Assembly: GCA_036507075.1 (NCBI GenBank)
Contig: DASXQR010000031.1
Coordinates: 1-11,087, forward strand
From: Acidobacteriota bacterium
GTDB taxonomy: Bacteria > Acidobacteriota > UBA6911 > JACQSX01
Direction of reading: 5' to 3'
Length of the DNA: 11,087 nt
The position numbers and the translations under genes are program-made. The stretch's first letter is position 1. Each line of letters opens with the position of its first letter. The notes below the pieces were generated by a model, which was not told the DNA's origin, did no database searches, and saw only the letters and a list, made by a program, of their open reading frames with translations. Of the stretch, positions 1 through 9,687 are shown one piece after another.

Positions 1-9
1 GCACTTCGT

Positions 10-516
10 TTACCTCCCCTGCTTTCGAGCCCGATGGCGGCGCGCAGCCTTTTTCACTACACGTTTCACAGCCGGTTTCTTGCGGACCGTAGACTTGGCT
101 TTGGAAACTGTTTTTGCCCGCGAAGCCACCTCGGCCGCATGAGGTGGTTCGGGCTTCAACTCGGTAGTCACTATTTCTAAAGGCTTGTCGGTCAGATTTT
201 CCACAGCGTGACGGATGGCGGGACGCCATGCCACCTCTCCCGCCCTGGATTCCATCTCCTGGCTTCTTCCATCTCCCAGGGTTACCCGAGACCTCCCGCT
301 GGTGAGATTTGTCGTAATGCGGGCGGGGTGCTCGTGCATGGGAGATTTCTCACGCGGCCCGAGCCTGAAGCGCAGCACACGAATGTGCTGGTTTTCGAAT
401 TCCACTCTGTAGTGAGAAGGATCTACCTTGACGGGATCCTGTGAAAAGCAGTTGAGATGCCCACACCATGTCACTAGTGCAGCGAAAGCGAAACGCGTAT
501 GCGATTCCCACGTCAT
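10..516 (-). CDS. Cupin-domain (RmlC-like beta-barrel) protein with probable N-terminal signal peptide and Lys/Arg/Ala-rich C-terminal tail
   Basis: 168 aa. Cupin-like motifs ENQHIRVLRFRLGPREKSPMHEHP and AGEVAWRPAIRHAVEN. Hydrophobic N-terminus ending CFS-QDP. Purine-rich RBS (AAAGGTGAAGAAGA) before ATG. Confidence 0.8.
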   Translation of the reverse strand: MTWESHTRFAFAALVTWCGHLNCFSQDPVKVDPSHYRVEFENQHIRVLRFRLGPREKSPMHEHPARITTNLTSGRSRVTLGDGRSQEMESRAGEVAWRPAIRHAVENLTDKPLEIVTTELKPEPPHAAEVASRAKTVSKAKSTVRKKPAVKRVVKKAARRHRARKQGR

Positions 517-539
517 TCTTCTTCACCTTTTGAAACGGA

Positions 540-721
540 ACCTATCCGTTGTCAGTAGTCCGTTGTCCGTTGTCAATGTCTAAAGTCGAACGTCTCAAGG
601 TCGAAGGTCGGAAAACTGCATCTCTATTCGACCTTCAGACTTTCAACATTGACAACCGGACAACGGACCACTGACCACGGACTACGGACCACCGACCACG
701 GACCACTGACCACGGACAGGT
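540..721. repeat. Nested inverted heptamer tandem-repeat element: outer GTCCGTT-type / GGACCAC-type arms, inner GTCGAAG-type / TTCGACC-type arms
   Basis: Left arm ATCCGTT GTCAGTA GTCCGTT GTCCGTT (544-571). Right arm about nine GGACCAC-type units (658-720). Ends ACCTATCCGT (540-549) and ACGGACAGGT (712-721) are 9/10 complementary. GTTGTCAATGT (569-579) pairs perfectly with 646-656, and AAGGTCGAA (597-605) with TTCGACCTT (627-635). Confidence 0.9.
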
Positions 722-733
722 CGCTTTCGCGCC

Positions 734-762
734 TTCGCAGTTCATTCTTTCATGCGTATAAT
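734..762 (+). promoter_or_regulatory. Sigma70-type promoter of msrA (probably leaderless transcript)
   Basis: TTCGCA (734-739) - 17 nt - perfect TATAAT (757-762), 6 nt before ATG 769. No Shine-Dalgarno in between. Confidence 0.65.
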
Positions 763-768
763 AACCCC

Positions 769-1257
769 ATGGACAAGCCGAATATCGAGAAAGCCACTTT
801 TGCCGCAGGGTGTTTCTGGGGGGTTGAGGCGACCTTCCGCCGCATTCCGGGAGTCGCGGCTACCGCGGTGGGATACATCGGCGGGACGCTGCCCGAACCT
901 ACCTATGAGGACGTTTGCACCGATCGCACCGGACACGCCGAAGCGGTGGAAGTGCAATTCAATCCATCCAGAGTATCATACCGGGAATTGCTGAAGGTCT
1001 TCTGGGAAAACCATGATCCGACGACCCCTAACCGGCAGGGACCCGACGTGGGCACGCAGTATCGCTCGGCTATTTTCTATCACACGCCCGAGCAGGAGGC
1101 CGAGGCCAGCAATTCCAAAGAAGAATTGGAGCGCAGCGGAAGGTTCAAAAGACCAGTGGTCACTGAGATCGTCCCGGCCTCGCGCTTTTACCGCGCCGAA
1201 GACTACCACCAGCAGTATCTGGAAAAGCGGGGCCTGGCGCACTGCAGAATTGAGTAG
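769..1257 (+). CDS. msrA: Peptide-methionine (S)-S-oxide reductase MsrA
   Basis: Catalytic GCFWG motif, [44 protein letters not shown]. Start moved from 649 to ATG 769 because the extension is translated repeat and a -10 box lies at 757-762. Confidence 0.97.
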   Translation: MDKPNIEKATFAAGCFWGVEATFRRIPGVAATAVGYIGGTLPEPTYEDVCTDRTGHAEAVEVQFNPSRVSYRELLKVFWENHDPTTPNRQGPDVGTQYRSAIFYHTPEQEAEASNSKEELERSGRFKRPVVTEIVPASRFYRAEDYHQQYLEKRGLAHCRIE

Positions 1258-1263
1258 CCTCCA

Positions 1264-1358
1264 AATGCGGATTTCGGAATGCGGAATGCGGAATCTGTCT
1301 AACTTGGAGCTATAAGGGCTGAAACCAAATCACTTCCTATTCCGCATTCCACATTCGC
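1264..1358. repeat. Inverted heptamer tandem-repeat element (AATGCGG)n ... (ATTCCGC)n between convergent msrA and rho
   Basis: AATGCGG ATTTCGG AATGCGG AATGCGG AAT (1264-1294), 44-nt spacer, then ATTCCGC ATTCCAC ATTCGC (1339-1358). Confidence 0.85.
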
Positions 1359-1360
1359 GG

Positions 1361-1415
1361 CCTCGAATCTGCCTATGTGATAAGTCTGGACTGAGACGAA
1401 AACTTAGGCAGGAGG
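1361..1415. terminator. Possible stem-loop just downstream of rho
   Basis: CTGCCTA (1369-1375) pairs with TAGGCAG (1405-1411), with inner GTCT/AGAC and outer CCTC/GAGG. No good U-tract, so terminator function is uncertain. Confidence 0.3.
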
Positions 1416-1425
1416 TTCCAAACTC

Positions 1426-2727
<1,302 letters not shown>

Positions 2728-2750
2728 ATAAGTTCTCCAATTTCCAAACC

Positions 2751-3353
2751 TTATTGCAGGCCCTGCCGCGCTTCTGCGCCGGCACGCACCGCCCGGTTAA
2801 TCTCTTTCCAAATCTCTTTTAAGCCTTCCTTCTTTCGGGCCGAACAGGCGAGCAGCCCGAAGCCAAATTGCCCGCGCAATTCGCGCAGCCGCTTGTGTCT
2901 CTCACTCCCGCCGGAAGCGTCAATCTTGGTCGCCACCACGCGGAAGGGTACCGTCAGCGATTCAAGCCAGCACTTCATCTGTATGTCGATTTGCATCGGC
3001 GAATGGCGGCCGTCAACCAGCAGCAAGACCAGTGCCACTTGGTCGGAATCCTGAAAGAACTTTTCAGTGAACGATCCCCACCGGTCCCGCGCCTGCTTCG
3101 GGGCTCTGGCGAATCCGTAACCCGGAAGATCTATGAAATAGAATTTCTCGTCGACTAAAAAGAAATTCAAACGCTGAGTCCGCCCGGGCGTATGGCTGGT
3201 CTTAGCCAGCCCGCTCACGCCCACCAGAGCGTTAATCAGGCTCGATTTCCCTACATTTGAGCGACCTGCAAAGGCAATTCGGGGAAGCTTTGAGGCCGGA
3301 TACTGCTCTGAATCTCCAGCGCTGCACACAAAGCGGGCGCTGTGAAATTTCAT
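2751..3353 (-). CDS. engB: Ribosome biogenesis GTP-binding protein EngB/YihA/YsxC
   Basis: G1 [13 protein letters not shown]2 TPGRTQ, G3 DLPGYGFA, G4 TKID. Usual position after lon. Confidence 0.96.
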   Translation of the reverse strand: MKFHSARFVCSAGDSEQYPASKLPRIAFAGRSNVGKSSLINALVGVSGLAKTSHTPGRTQRLNFFLVDEKFYFIDLPGYGFARAPKQARDRWGSFTEKFFQDSDQVALVLLLVDGRHSPMQIDIQMKCWLESLTVPFRVVATKIDASGGSERHKRLRELRGQFGFGLLACSARKKEGLKEIWKEINRAVRAGAEARQGLQ

Positions 3354-3404
3354 TCGTTTCGTTCAACAATTCGAGCTACTGCACTGCAACATCTGGATCG
3401 ATAC

Positions 3405-3500
3405 CGTGGAGACGCGACATGTCGCGTCTGAGCTCTGACGCGGCATGCCGCGTCTCTACGCTTGAAAATGTCCAAGAGATGCCCAGCGGGCCGCCTCTAC
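3405..3500. repeat. Cluster of GTAG-family REP-like palindromes (inverted doublet plus a degenerate third unit)
   Basis: Perfect palindromes AGACGCGACATGTCGCGTCT (3410-3429) and GACGCGGCATGCCGCGTC (3437-3454), bounded by CGTGGAG...CTCTACG (3405-3460). Third unit reads GTAGAGGCGGCCCGCTGGGCATCTC on the minus strand (3500-3476). Confidence 0.8.
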
Positions 3501-3527
3501 TAGTGCCAAATCAGGTGTTACGATGCA

Positions 3528-5951
3528 CTAGTGAGTAATCGATTCGTTAGGTTTCGGATGGTCCTGAGTCTCGAGTTTCGGCGGATATTCTTCCGTGGCC
3601 TTTTCCTTTAATGCCGTCAAGTTTAACGGTTTTTCGAGTGCAAGATCAAGCACTTCGTCCATCGTGTCGACCAGGTGGATATTCAGCGCCTCCAGCACGG
3701 CTGGGGGAATGTCGCGCAAATCCTTCTCATTCTCCTTGGGCAGAATGATGTGGCGAATGCCTGCCCGGTGCGCCGCCAGCAGCTTTTCCTTGACCCCTCC
3801 GATCGGCAGCACCTTGCCCCGCAGGGTGATTTCGCCGGTCATGGCGACGTCTTTGCGAACCGGTATCTTCGTCAGCGCCGAAACGATAGTGGTCGCCATG
3901 GTAATGCCTGCCGAAGGACCGTCCTTGGGGATCGCGCCCTCGGGAATGTGCACGTGCACGTCCAGCAACTTGTAAAAATCCTTGGTCAAGCCGTACGCGT
4001 CGGCCCGCGAACGAACGTATGAGATGGCCGCCTTGGCGGACTCCTGCATTACCTCACCCAACTTTCCGGTGAGCATCAGATCGCCTTTTCCTTCCATCGA
4101 AGTCGCCTCGGTCAGAAGCACTTCTCCTCCCACCTCGGTCCAGGCCAGGCCGGTCGCCAGGCCCACCTCGCTTTGCTGGGAAGCCAGGGACGGCCGGAAC
4201 TTGGCGATGCCCAGGTACTCGCGCACCAGGCTCTCCTCGACCTGCTGTTTGAACTCGACGCCTTCATCGGCGACGATCTTGCGGACCACTTTGCGGCAGA
4301 TATTTGCAATTTCGCGCTCCAACTGGCGCACGCCGGATTCCTTGGTATAGGAACGGATCATTTCAAGGATCGCGCCGTCGCTGAACGTCAACTGATCGGC
4401 GGTGATCCCCTGCGCTTCCAGTTGTTTTGTAACCAGAAACTGCTTGGCAATGTTGAGCTTCTCCAATTCGGTGTAACCCGACAGCATGATTACTTCCATA
4501 CGATCCTGCAGCGGCCGCGGGATCGAATGCAGCACGTTGGCCGTTGCGATAAACATTACCGAAGAGAGGTCAAACTCGGTATCCAGGTAATGGTCGACAA
4601 ATGCGTGGTTCTGTTCAGGATCGAGCACCTCAAGCAGCGCCGCGGAGGGATCTCCGCGGAAATCCATGCTCATCTTGTCCACTTCATCCAGCACAAAGAT
4701 CGGATTTCTGGATTCCGCCTTTTTCATCATCTGGATGATCTGCCCCGGCAGGGCGCCGATGTAGGTACGGCGATGTCCGCGGATTTCCGCTTCATCGCGC
4801 ACACCGCCGAGTGAAAGCCGGACAAACTTTCTACCGGTGGCACGGGCGATCGACCTGCCAAGCGAAGTCTTGCCCACACCCGGAGGCCCCACAAAGCAGA
4901 GAATTGAGCCTTGGGGCTTTTTCACGCGAGCACGCACAGCCAGAAACTCAAGGATGCGTTCCTTGATCTTGTCCAGGCCGTAATGGTCTTCGTTTAAGAT
5001 CTCCTCAGCCCGCTTGAGATCCTTCATTTCCCGCGTTCTTTTGTTCCAGGGCATGGCAATCAGCCAGTCCAGGTAGGTGCGCGAAACGGTCGATTCAGCC
5101 GACATGGGGGGCATCATTTCCAGCCGCTGGATTTCCTTTGTCGCCTTATCGTAGGCGTCCTTTGGCATTTCAGCTTCTTCAACCTTCTTCTTCAACTCGT
5201 CCATCTCGCTCTTTTCGTTGCGGCCGAGTTCTTTTTGAATCGCTTTGATCTTTTCATTCAGGTAGTACTCGCGCTGCGCTTTCTCCATCTGCTTGCGCAC
5301 GCGGCCCTGAATGTTCTTGTCCATCTTGATCTTCTCGATCTCGATTTCGATCAGCTCGTTGATTTTCTCGATCCTCTCAACGGGATCGAAAATCTCGAGC
5401 AGGCTTTGCTTCTCTTCCAGCGTGATGGGAAGGTTAGCCGCGATCGTGTCCGCCAGGCGGTCCGAATCGGTGCTGCGGGCCGCCTGAACAATGGTGTCGT
5501 AATTAATGTTGGGATTGAGTTTGGCAAATTGCTCAAAAAGACTGTTAAGCCTCTTGGCCAGAATGGAGCCCTTGGCCCGGGTGCCGGACTGGATCTCTTC
5601 GAACTGCACTTCAGCCACAAGATATCCATCGACGTCGGTCACCTCGACGGTCCGGGCCCGCCGGATTCCCTCCACCAGAACCTTGATATTGCCATCGGGC
5701 AGTCTCAGGCTCTGCACAATGTTGGCAACGGTCCCAACCGAGTAAATATCGCTGGACTTGGGATCGTCGACTGAGGCGTCAAGCTGAGTTGCCAGATAAA
5801 TCTTCTTGTCACCCTGCAAGGCCTTTTCCAGGGCCAGTACGGAAGGGGTGCGCCCGATCACGAATGGCACCATCATGTAAGGGAAAACCACCACATCCCT
5901 GATGGGCACCATCGGGTATTGCTGGGTTTCTCTGGTTTCAGTAGTGTTCAT
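3528..5951 (-). CDS. lon: ATP-dependent protease La (Lon)
   Basis: 807 aa. LON N-domain (PIRDVVVFP), Walker [27 protein letters not shown], catalytic PKDGPSAG (Ser) and GGVKEK (Lys). Confidence 0.99.
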   Translation of the reverse strand: MNTTETRETQQYPMVPIRDVVVFPYMMVPFVIGRTPSVLALEKALQGDKKIYLATQLDASVDDPKSSDIYSVGTVANIVQSLRLPDGNIKVLVEGIRRARTVEVTDVDGYLVAEVQFEEIQSGTRAKGSILAKRLNSLFEQFAKLNPNINYDTIVQAARSTDSDRLADTIAANLPITLEEKQSLLEIFDPVERIEKINELIEIEIEKIKMDKNIQGRVRKQMEKAQREYYLNEKIKAIQKELGRNEKSEMDELKKKVEEAEMPKDAYDKATKEIQRLEMMPPMSAESTVSRTYLDWLIAMPWNKRTREMKDLKRAEEILNEDHYGLDKIKERILEFLAVRARVKKPQGSILCFVGPPGVGKTSLGRSIARATGRKFVRLSLGGVRDEAEIRGHRRTYIGALPGQIIQMMKKAESRNPIFVLDEVDKMSMDFRGDPSAALLEVLDPEQNHAFVDHYLDTEFDLSSVMFIATANVLHSIPRPLQDRMEVIMLSGYTELEKLNIAKQFLVTKQLEAQGITADQLTFSDGAILEMIRSYTKESGVRQLEREIANICRKVVRKIVADEGVEFKQQVEESLVREYLGIAKFRPSLASQQSEVGLATGLAWTEVGGEVLLTEATSMEGKGDLMLTGKLGEVMQESAKAAISYVRSRADAYGLTKDFYKLLDVHVHIPEGAIPKDGPSAGITMATTIVSALTKIPVRKDVAMTGEITLRGKVLPIGGVKEKLLAAHRAGIRHIILPKENEKDLRDIPPAVLEALNIHLVDTMDEVLDLALEKPLNLTALKEKATEEYPPKLETQDHPKPNESITH

Positions 5952-6020
5952 ATTTTCATTAAATCCTCGAAGTAAACCGCCCGTCGAGGACAGCCGGATA
6001 AAAGTTCTGCTGTCTTAAAA

Positions 6021-6046
6021 GACGCCAAAACTCGGCAAAAGTTTCA
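6021..6046 (-). promoter_or_regulatory. ECF sigma-factor-type promoter upstream of lon
   Basis: Minus strand TGAAAC (6046-6041) - 16 nt - CGTC (6024-6021), matching the general ECF AAC/CGT architecture (Bacillus SigW/SigM-like). Confidence 0.6.
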
Positions 6047-6141
6047 GTCGGTCCGACAGCCCGAATCCTACTCCCCCTTCATAAGATCAAGGGAATCAAT
6101 AAGCAAGGCAGGGGAAAGGGGTTATTTAGGAACCCACCGGT

Positions 6142-7383
6142 TTATCCGGCTTTTTCAAGGAGCTTGAAGACGATTTCCTTATTCTCTACCATCTCTTTTG
6201 TGATTATGAATTCTTTTACCTTCTTTTGGGAAGGAAGTTCATACATCACGTCGAGCATGAGGTCTTCCATGATGAGACGAAGGCCGCGAGCACCAATTTT
6301 GCGCTCGATGGCGAGCGAGGCAATTGCGTGCAGGGCTTCCTCGCTGAATTTCAATGAGACGTTCTCAAATTCGAACATTTTCTGGTACTGCTTTACCAGA
6401 GCATTGTTCGGCTTGGTGAGAATGTCAATGAGGGCCTTTTGATCAAGCTCATGCAGAGTACACAGGATGGGCAACCGTCCCACGAATTCCGGAATTAGCC
6501 CATACTTGATCAGATCTTCCGGCAGCACCTGCAGCAGAATATTTGTGTCATTCGGTTTCCATTTGTTGCCGGCTTCCAGTTTGGCGCGAAACCCTAAAGA
6601 GTTTTTACCCAGACGCCGGCGAATAATCTTCTCCAGGCCGACGAAGGCGCCGCCGCATACGAATAAGATATTAGTGGTGTCGATCTGCACGAATTCCTGG
6701 TGAGGATGTTTGCGCCCGCCCTGCGGCGGGACATTGGCGACAGTTCCTTCCAGTATTTTCAACAGGGCCTGCTGCACTCCCTCGCCTGAAACGTCGCGAG
6801 TGATGGAGGGGTTCTCATCTTTTCGAGAAATCTTGTCAATTTCATCAATGTAAATGATCCCCTGCATGCAGCGGTCTTTGTCGCCGCCCGCCGCCTGCAA
6901 AAGCTTCAATATGATGTTTTCGACATCTTCACCCACGTAGCCGGCTTCAGTCAGCGTGGTAGCATCAACCAGCGCGAAGGGAACACTGAGCATTCGCGCC
7001 AGCGTCTGCGCAAGGAGCGTCTTGCCGGTGCCCGTCGGTCCAATCAGCAGCACGTTGCTCTTGGCAAGCTCGACATCCTGATGGCGACGCCGGCCGATCT
7101 TGATCCGCTTGTAATGATTGTAGACGGCGACTGCCAGCTTCTTTTTGGAAAGCTCCTGGCCGATTACATATTGATCCAGAAAATCCTTAATCTCGCTGGG
7201 CTTGGGAAGGCTGTCGCGGACGGTGGCCGACTCCTGGGTGATGTCATCAGAGATTATTTCATTGCAGACATCCACACATTCATCGCAGATGAAAACCGTG
7301 GGTCCTGCGATCAGCTTCTTGACGTCGTTCTGACTTTTGTTGCAGAAGCTGCAACGCAGGATGTCTTCGCCGTCCTTTTTCAA
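6142..7383 (-). CDS. clpX: ATP-dependent Clp protease ATP-binding subunit ClpX
   Basis: C4 zinc finger (CSFC...ICDEC), [49 protein letters not shown] loop. TTG start with AGGAGG RBS. Confidence 0.99.
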   Translation of the reverse strand: MKKDGEDILRCSFCNKSQNDVKKLIAGPTVFICDECVDVCNEIISDDITQESATVRDSLPKPSEIKDFLDQYVIGQELSKKKLAVAVYNHYKRIKIGRRRHQDVELAKSNVLLIGPTGTGKTLLAQTLARMLSVPFALVDATTLTEAGYVGEDVENIILKLLQAAGGDKDRCMQGIIYIDEIDKISRKDENPSITRDVSGEGVQQALLKILEGTVANVPPQGGRKHPHQEFVQIDTTNILFVCGGAFVGLEKIIRRRLGKNSLGFRAKLEAGNKWKPNDTNILLQVLPEDLIKYGLIPEFVGRLPILCTLHELDQKALIDILTKPNNALVKQYQKMFEFENVSLKFSEEALHAIASLAIERKIGARGLRLIMEDLMLDVMYELPSQKKVKEFIITKEMVENKEIVFKLLEKAG

Positions 7384-7424
7384 AAGGCCTCCTAATTCCG
7401 GTTGAAGAGGGGATCTGGCATAGG

Positions 7425-8012
7425 TCAGTCGCGCTTAGAAATTACCGAGTCGATTATACCATAGTCCTTTGCCTGAGCCGCCGTCATTATGAAATCACGC
7501 TCAACATCACTCTCGATTTTCTTGACGCTTTGACCGGTATGTGATGCCAGAATCCGATTGGTAACCTCCCTCAGCCGGAGAATCTCCCGCGCGTGAATAT
7601 CAATGTCGGTAGCCTGCCCGGAGAGGCCACCCATCGACGGCTGGTGAATCAAAATACGGGAATTTGGAAGCGCGAAACGCTTGGCTGACGATCCGGACGC
7701 CAGAAGCAGCGCGGCCATGCTGGCAGCCTGTCCGATGCAGTAGGTGATCACGTCATTCTTGATGAACTGCATGGTGTCATAAATGGCCATTCCCGCGGTG
7801 ATCGAGCCGCCGGGCGAATTGATATAAAGCGAGATCTCCTTTTCCGGGTCCTCGGCTTCCAGAAAGAGCAACTGGGCGGTCACTACGTTAGCGATAGTGT
7901 CGTCAATCGGCGCACCCAAAAAAATGATGTTGTCTTTCAGCAGCCGCGAGTAAATATCGTAGGCTCTCTCGCCACGGTTGGTCTGCTCCACAACCATCGG
8001 AATTAATGTCAC
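7425..8012 (-). CDS. clpP: ATP-dependent Clp protease proteolytic subunit ClpP
   Basis: [22 protein letters not shown] (catalytic Ser), IHQP (His), ERDF (Asp). GTG start overlaps the tig stop (GTGA), GAGGTG RBS. Confidence 0.99.
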   Translation of the reverse strand: MTLIPMVVEQTNRGERAYDIYSRLLKDNIIFLGAPIDDTIANVVTAQLLFLEAEDPEKEISLYINSPGGSITAGMAIYDTMQFIKNDVITYCIGQAASMAALLLASGSSAKRFALPNSRILIHQPSMGGLSGQATDIDIHAREILRLREVTNRILASHTGQSVKKIESDVERDFIMTAAQAKDYGIIDSVISKRD

Positions 8013-9328
8013 GGCGACACCTCATCAACTCTTGCGCTGTCCAGAACCAGTTTCATTGCCTTTCTTGATTTCAACCGGTCCCTCAACTCTTCCATCCGGT
8101 TCTCCTTCTCATAGTGTAGCGCGATTTTTTCCACGGCTTGCTTCTCGATTTTCGCGATACGTTCCAATTCATCATCAAGTTCGTCCTCGGAAGGATCCAG
8201 GGCTTCCGCCTGGGCAATCCTGTTGAGCACCAGAGCGGCGCGCACGTCGCGCTCGCTCGGTTCGTTCAGGTCGTCCTTTATTTTTTGCCAGTTCACACCG
8301 CTGCGGGCCGGATCCACGCCGCGGCTGGCCAGTTCCAAAGCAAAGTTTTGAATCTTTTGCTGCACCCTGTCTTCCACCAGCACGGCTGGAACTTCAAATC
8401 GGTTGCGGTCCAGCAACTGATCAATCGCCTGCTCCTGCATCGCTGTCTCCAGTTCGTGCTGCCGCCGGTGCTCGATGTCCTGTCCGATTTCACGGCGCAA
8501 TTGTTCCAGGCTTTCACAATCCTTTCCAATCTCCTTTGCAAAATCATCGTCTACCCGGGGCAGTGTTTTCTCCTTGATGTTCTTCAGCGTCACTTTGTAA
8601 CGAATCGACTTTCCAGCGAATTCCTTTCGGGCGAAGTCGTCCACATAGTCTACCGTGAACTCGCGGGTTTCTCCCGGCACAGCGCCGGTGAGGCTGTCGG
8701 TAAACTCAGGCAACGTTCTTTCATCACCCAGAAGGAGCGACCCGCCTTCCTCTTTCAGCGGCTCTTCATCCGTGGGCTCATTAGATTCCTTGTCAATGCC
8801 GGTTCCTTCAATGTCTGCAACCACCTGGTCTCCGGTTTGAGCCCCTCTTCCCTGCACCGGAATGAACTTGGCCAGCTTCTCACGCAGACTATCTATCACT
8901 TGATCGATGTCTTCGTCTGTAACCGGCTTCACCTTCTTTTCCAGGCGCAATCCTTTGTACTCACCGAGCTCGAATTCGGGAGCGACCTCGAACACTGCTT
9001 CGTACTGGAGAGGCTGTCCAACCTGAAAATCCAGTTTTTCAATCCGCGGCAGCGCCAGGGGCTTCAGGTCTCGAGATTTGACCGCCTCATCGTAGGATTT
9101 CGGCACCAGATCGTGGATCAACTCGTCCTTGATCTCATTCTTGAAGCGACTGCGGATTAATCCCAGCGGCGCTTTCCCCGGACGAAAGCCTGGAATGCGC
9201 GCCAGCGAAGCGATTTTGCGTGAGACTTCTTCGTAAGCTCTCCTGGTCTCCTCTTCCGGTATTTCCACCTTCAGTTTCTTCTTTACCGAAGAGAGATCCT
9301 CGAGTTCGATTTTTACTTCCATAGGCAC
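8009..9328 (-). CDS. tig: Trigger factor (ribosome-associated chaperone/PPIase)
   Basis: Ribosome-binding signature [14 protein letters not shown]-like middle domain, DDDFAK motif, directly upstream of clpP. Start is GTG 9328 or ATG 9322. Confidence 0.97.
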   Translation of the reverse strand: MPMEVKIELEDLSSVKKKLKVEIPEEETRRAYEEVSRKIASLARIPGFRPGKAPLGLIRSRFKNEIKDELIHDLVPKSYDEAVKSRDLKPLALPRIEKLDFQVGQPLQYEAVFEVAPEFELGEYKGLRLEKKVKPVTDEDIDQVIDSLREKLAKFIPVQGRGAQTGDQVVADIEGTGIDKESNEPTDEEPLKEEGGSLLLGDERTLPEFTDSLTGAVPGETREFTVDYVDDFARKEFAGKSIRYKVTLKNIKEKTLPRVDDDFAKEIGKDCESLEQLRREIGQDIEHRRQHELETAMQEQAIDQLLDRNRFEVPAVLVEDRVQQKIQNFALELASRGVDPARSGVNWQKIKDDLNEPSERDVRAALVLNRIAQAEALDPSEDELDDELERIAKIEKQAVEKIALHYEKENRMEELRDRLKSRKAMKLVLDSARVDEVSP

Positions 9329-9335
9329 AAAATCA

Positions 9336-9365
9336 CTTATACGTTGTGTAGATCACAAATGTCAA
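9336..9365 (-). promoter_or_regulatory. Sigma70-type promoter of the tig-clpP-clpX operon
   Basis: Minus strand perfect TTGACA (9365-9360) - 18 nt - TATAAG (9341-9336). The spacer contains the palindrome TTGTG-N5-CACAA (9344-9358). Confidence 0.6.
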
Positions 9366-9401
9366 AGAATCGGGCCAGGCAGCAATGGTCTGGTTTGTGC
9401 T

Positions 9402-9687
9402 GCCATCGGGAAAAAGGACTTCACCACAGGGGCACAGCCCGGCCGCAGGCCGCAACCAAAAAGCCGTCCACGTTCACGAGCACGTGCACGTCAACGACCA
9501 CGTCTCGGGTCCACGTTCACGACAACATACAGACAGCCCCGCAATTCTGCGTAGTCTGGGACGAAGCGAGCCCAGTTGTAAACGTAATCGTAGACGTTGA
9601 CGTGCACGTGCTCGTAGACGTGGACGGCTTTTTGGTTGCGGCCTGCGGCCGGGCTGTGCCCTGTGGTGAAGTCTTTTTCGTGATGGC
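9402..9687. repeat. 286-bp composite long inverted repeat (MITE/REP-like, multi-layered)
   Basis: Arms 9402-9496 and 9595-9687 pair at 89 of 95 positions, including a perfect 44-bp stretch (9430-9473 with 9618-9661) and a perfect 21-bp stretch (9476-9496 with 9595-9615). Inner arms are GTNCAC-type hexamer repeats. Confidence 0.95.

Noticed and set aside
540..721. CRISPR array interpretation of the repeat regions
   Set aside because: Units are 6-8 nt, contiguous and inverted, with no 25-45-nt repeats separated by unique spacers and no cas genes.
649..768. 40-aa N-terminal extension of MsrA ([12 protein letters not shown]...)
   Set aside because: It is the translation of the heptamer repeat. 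The -10 box and MsrA homology point to ATG 769.
6065..6099. Sigma32 or sigma70 promoter in the clpX-lon spacer (CCCTTGAT ... TAGGAT)
   Set aside because: No CCCCAT -10 for sigma32, and TTGATC/TTGATT to TAGGAT spacings (14 and 23 nt) do not fit sigma70.
8138..9160. 340-aa antisense ORF inside tig, and similar antisense ORFs within rho, engB, lon, clpX and rdgB
   Set aside because: Shadow ORFs expected from GC-rich codon bias. Fully overlapped by conserved genes, with no recognisable motifs.
9378..9404. GGCAGCA/TGCTGCC hairpin as an intrinsic terminator for rdgB
   Set aside because: 7-bp stem with a 13-nt loop and no adjacent U-tract on the minus strand, and it overlaps the long palindrome end. 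Insufficient support.
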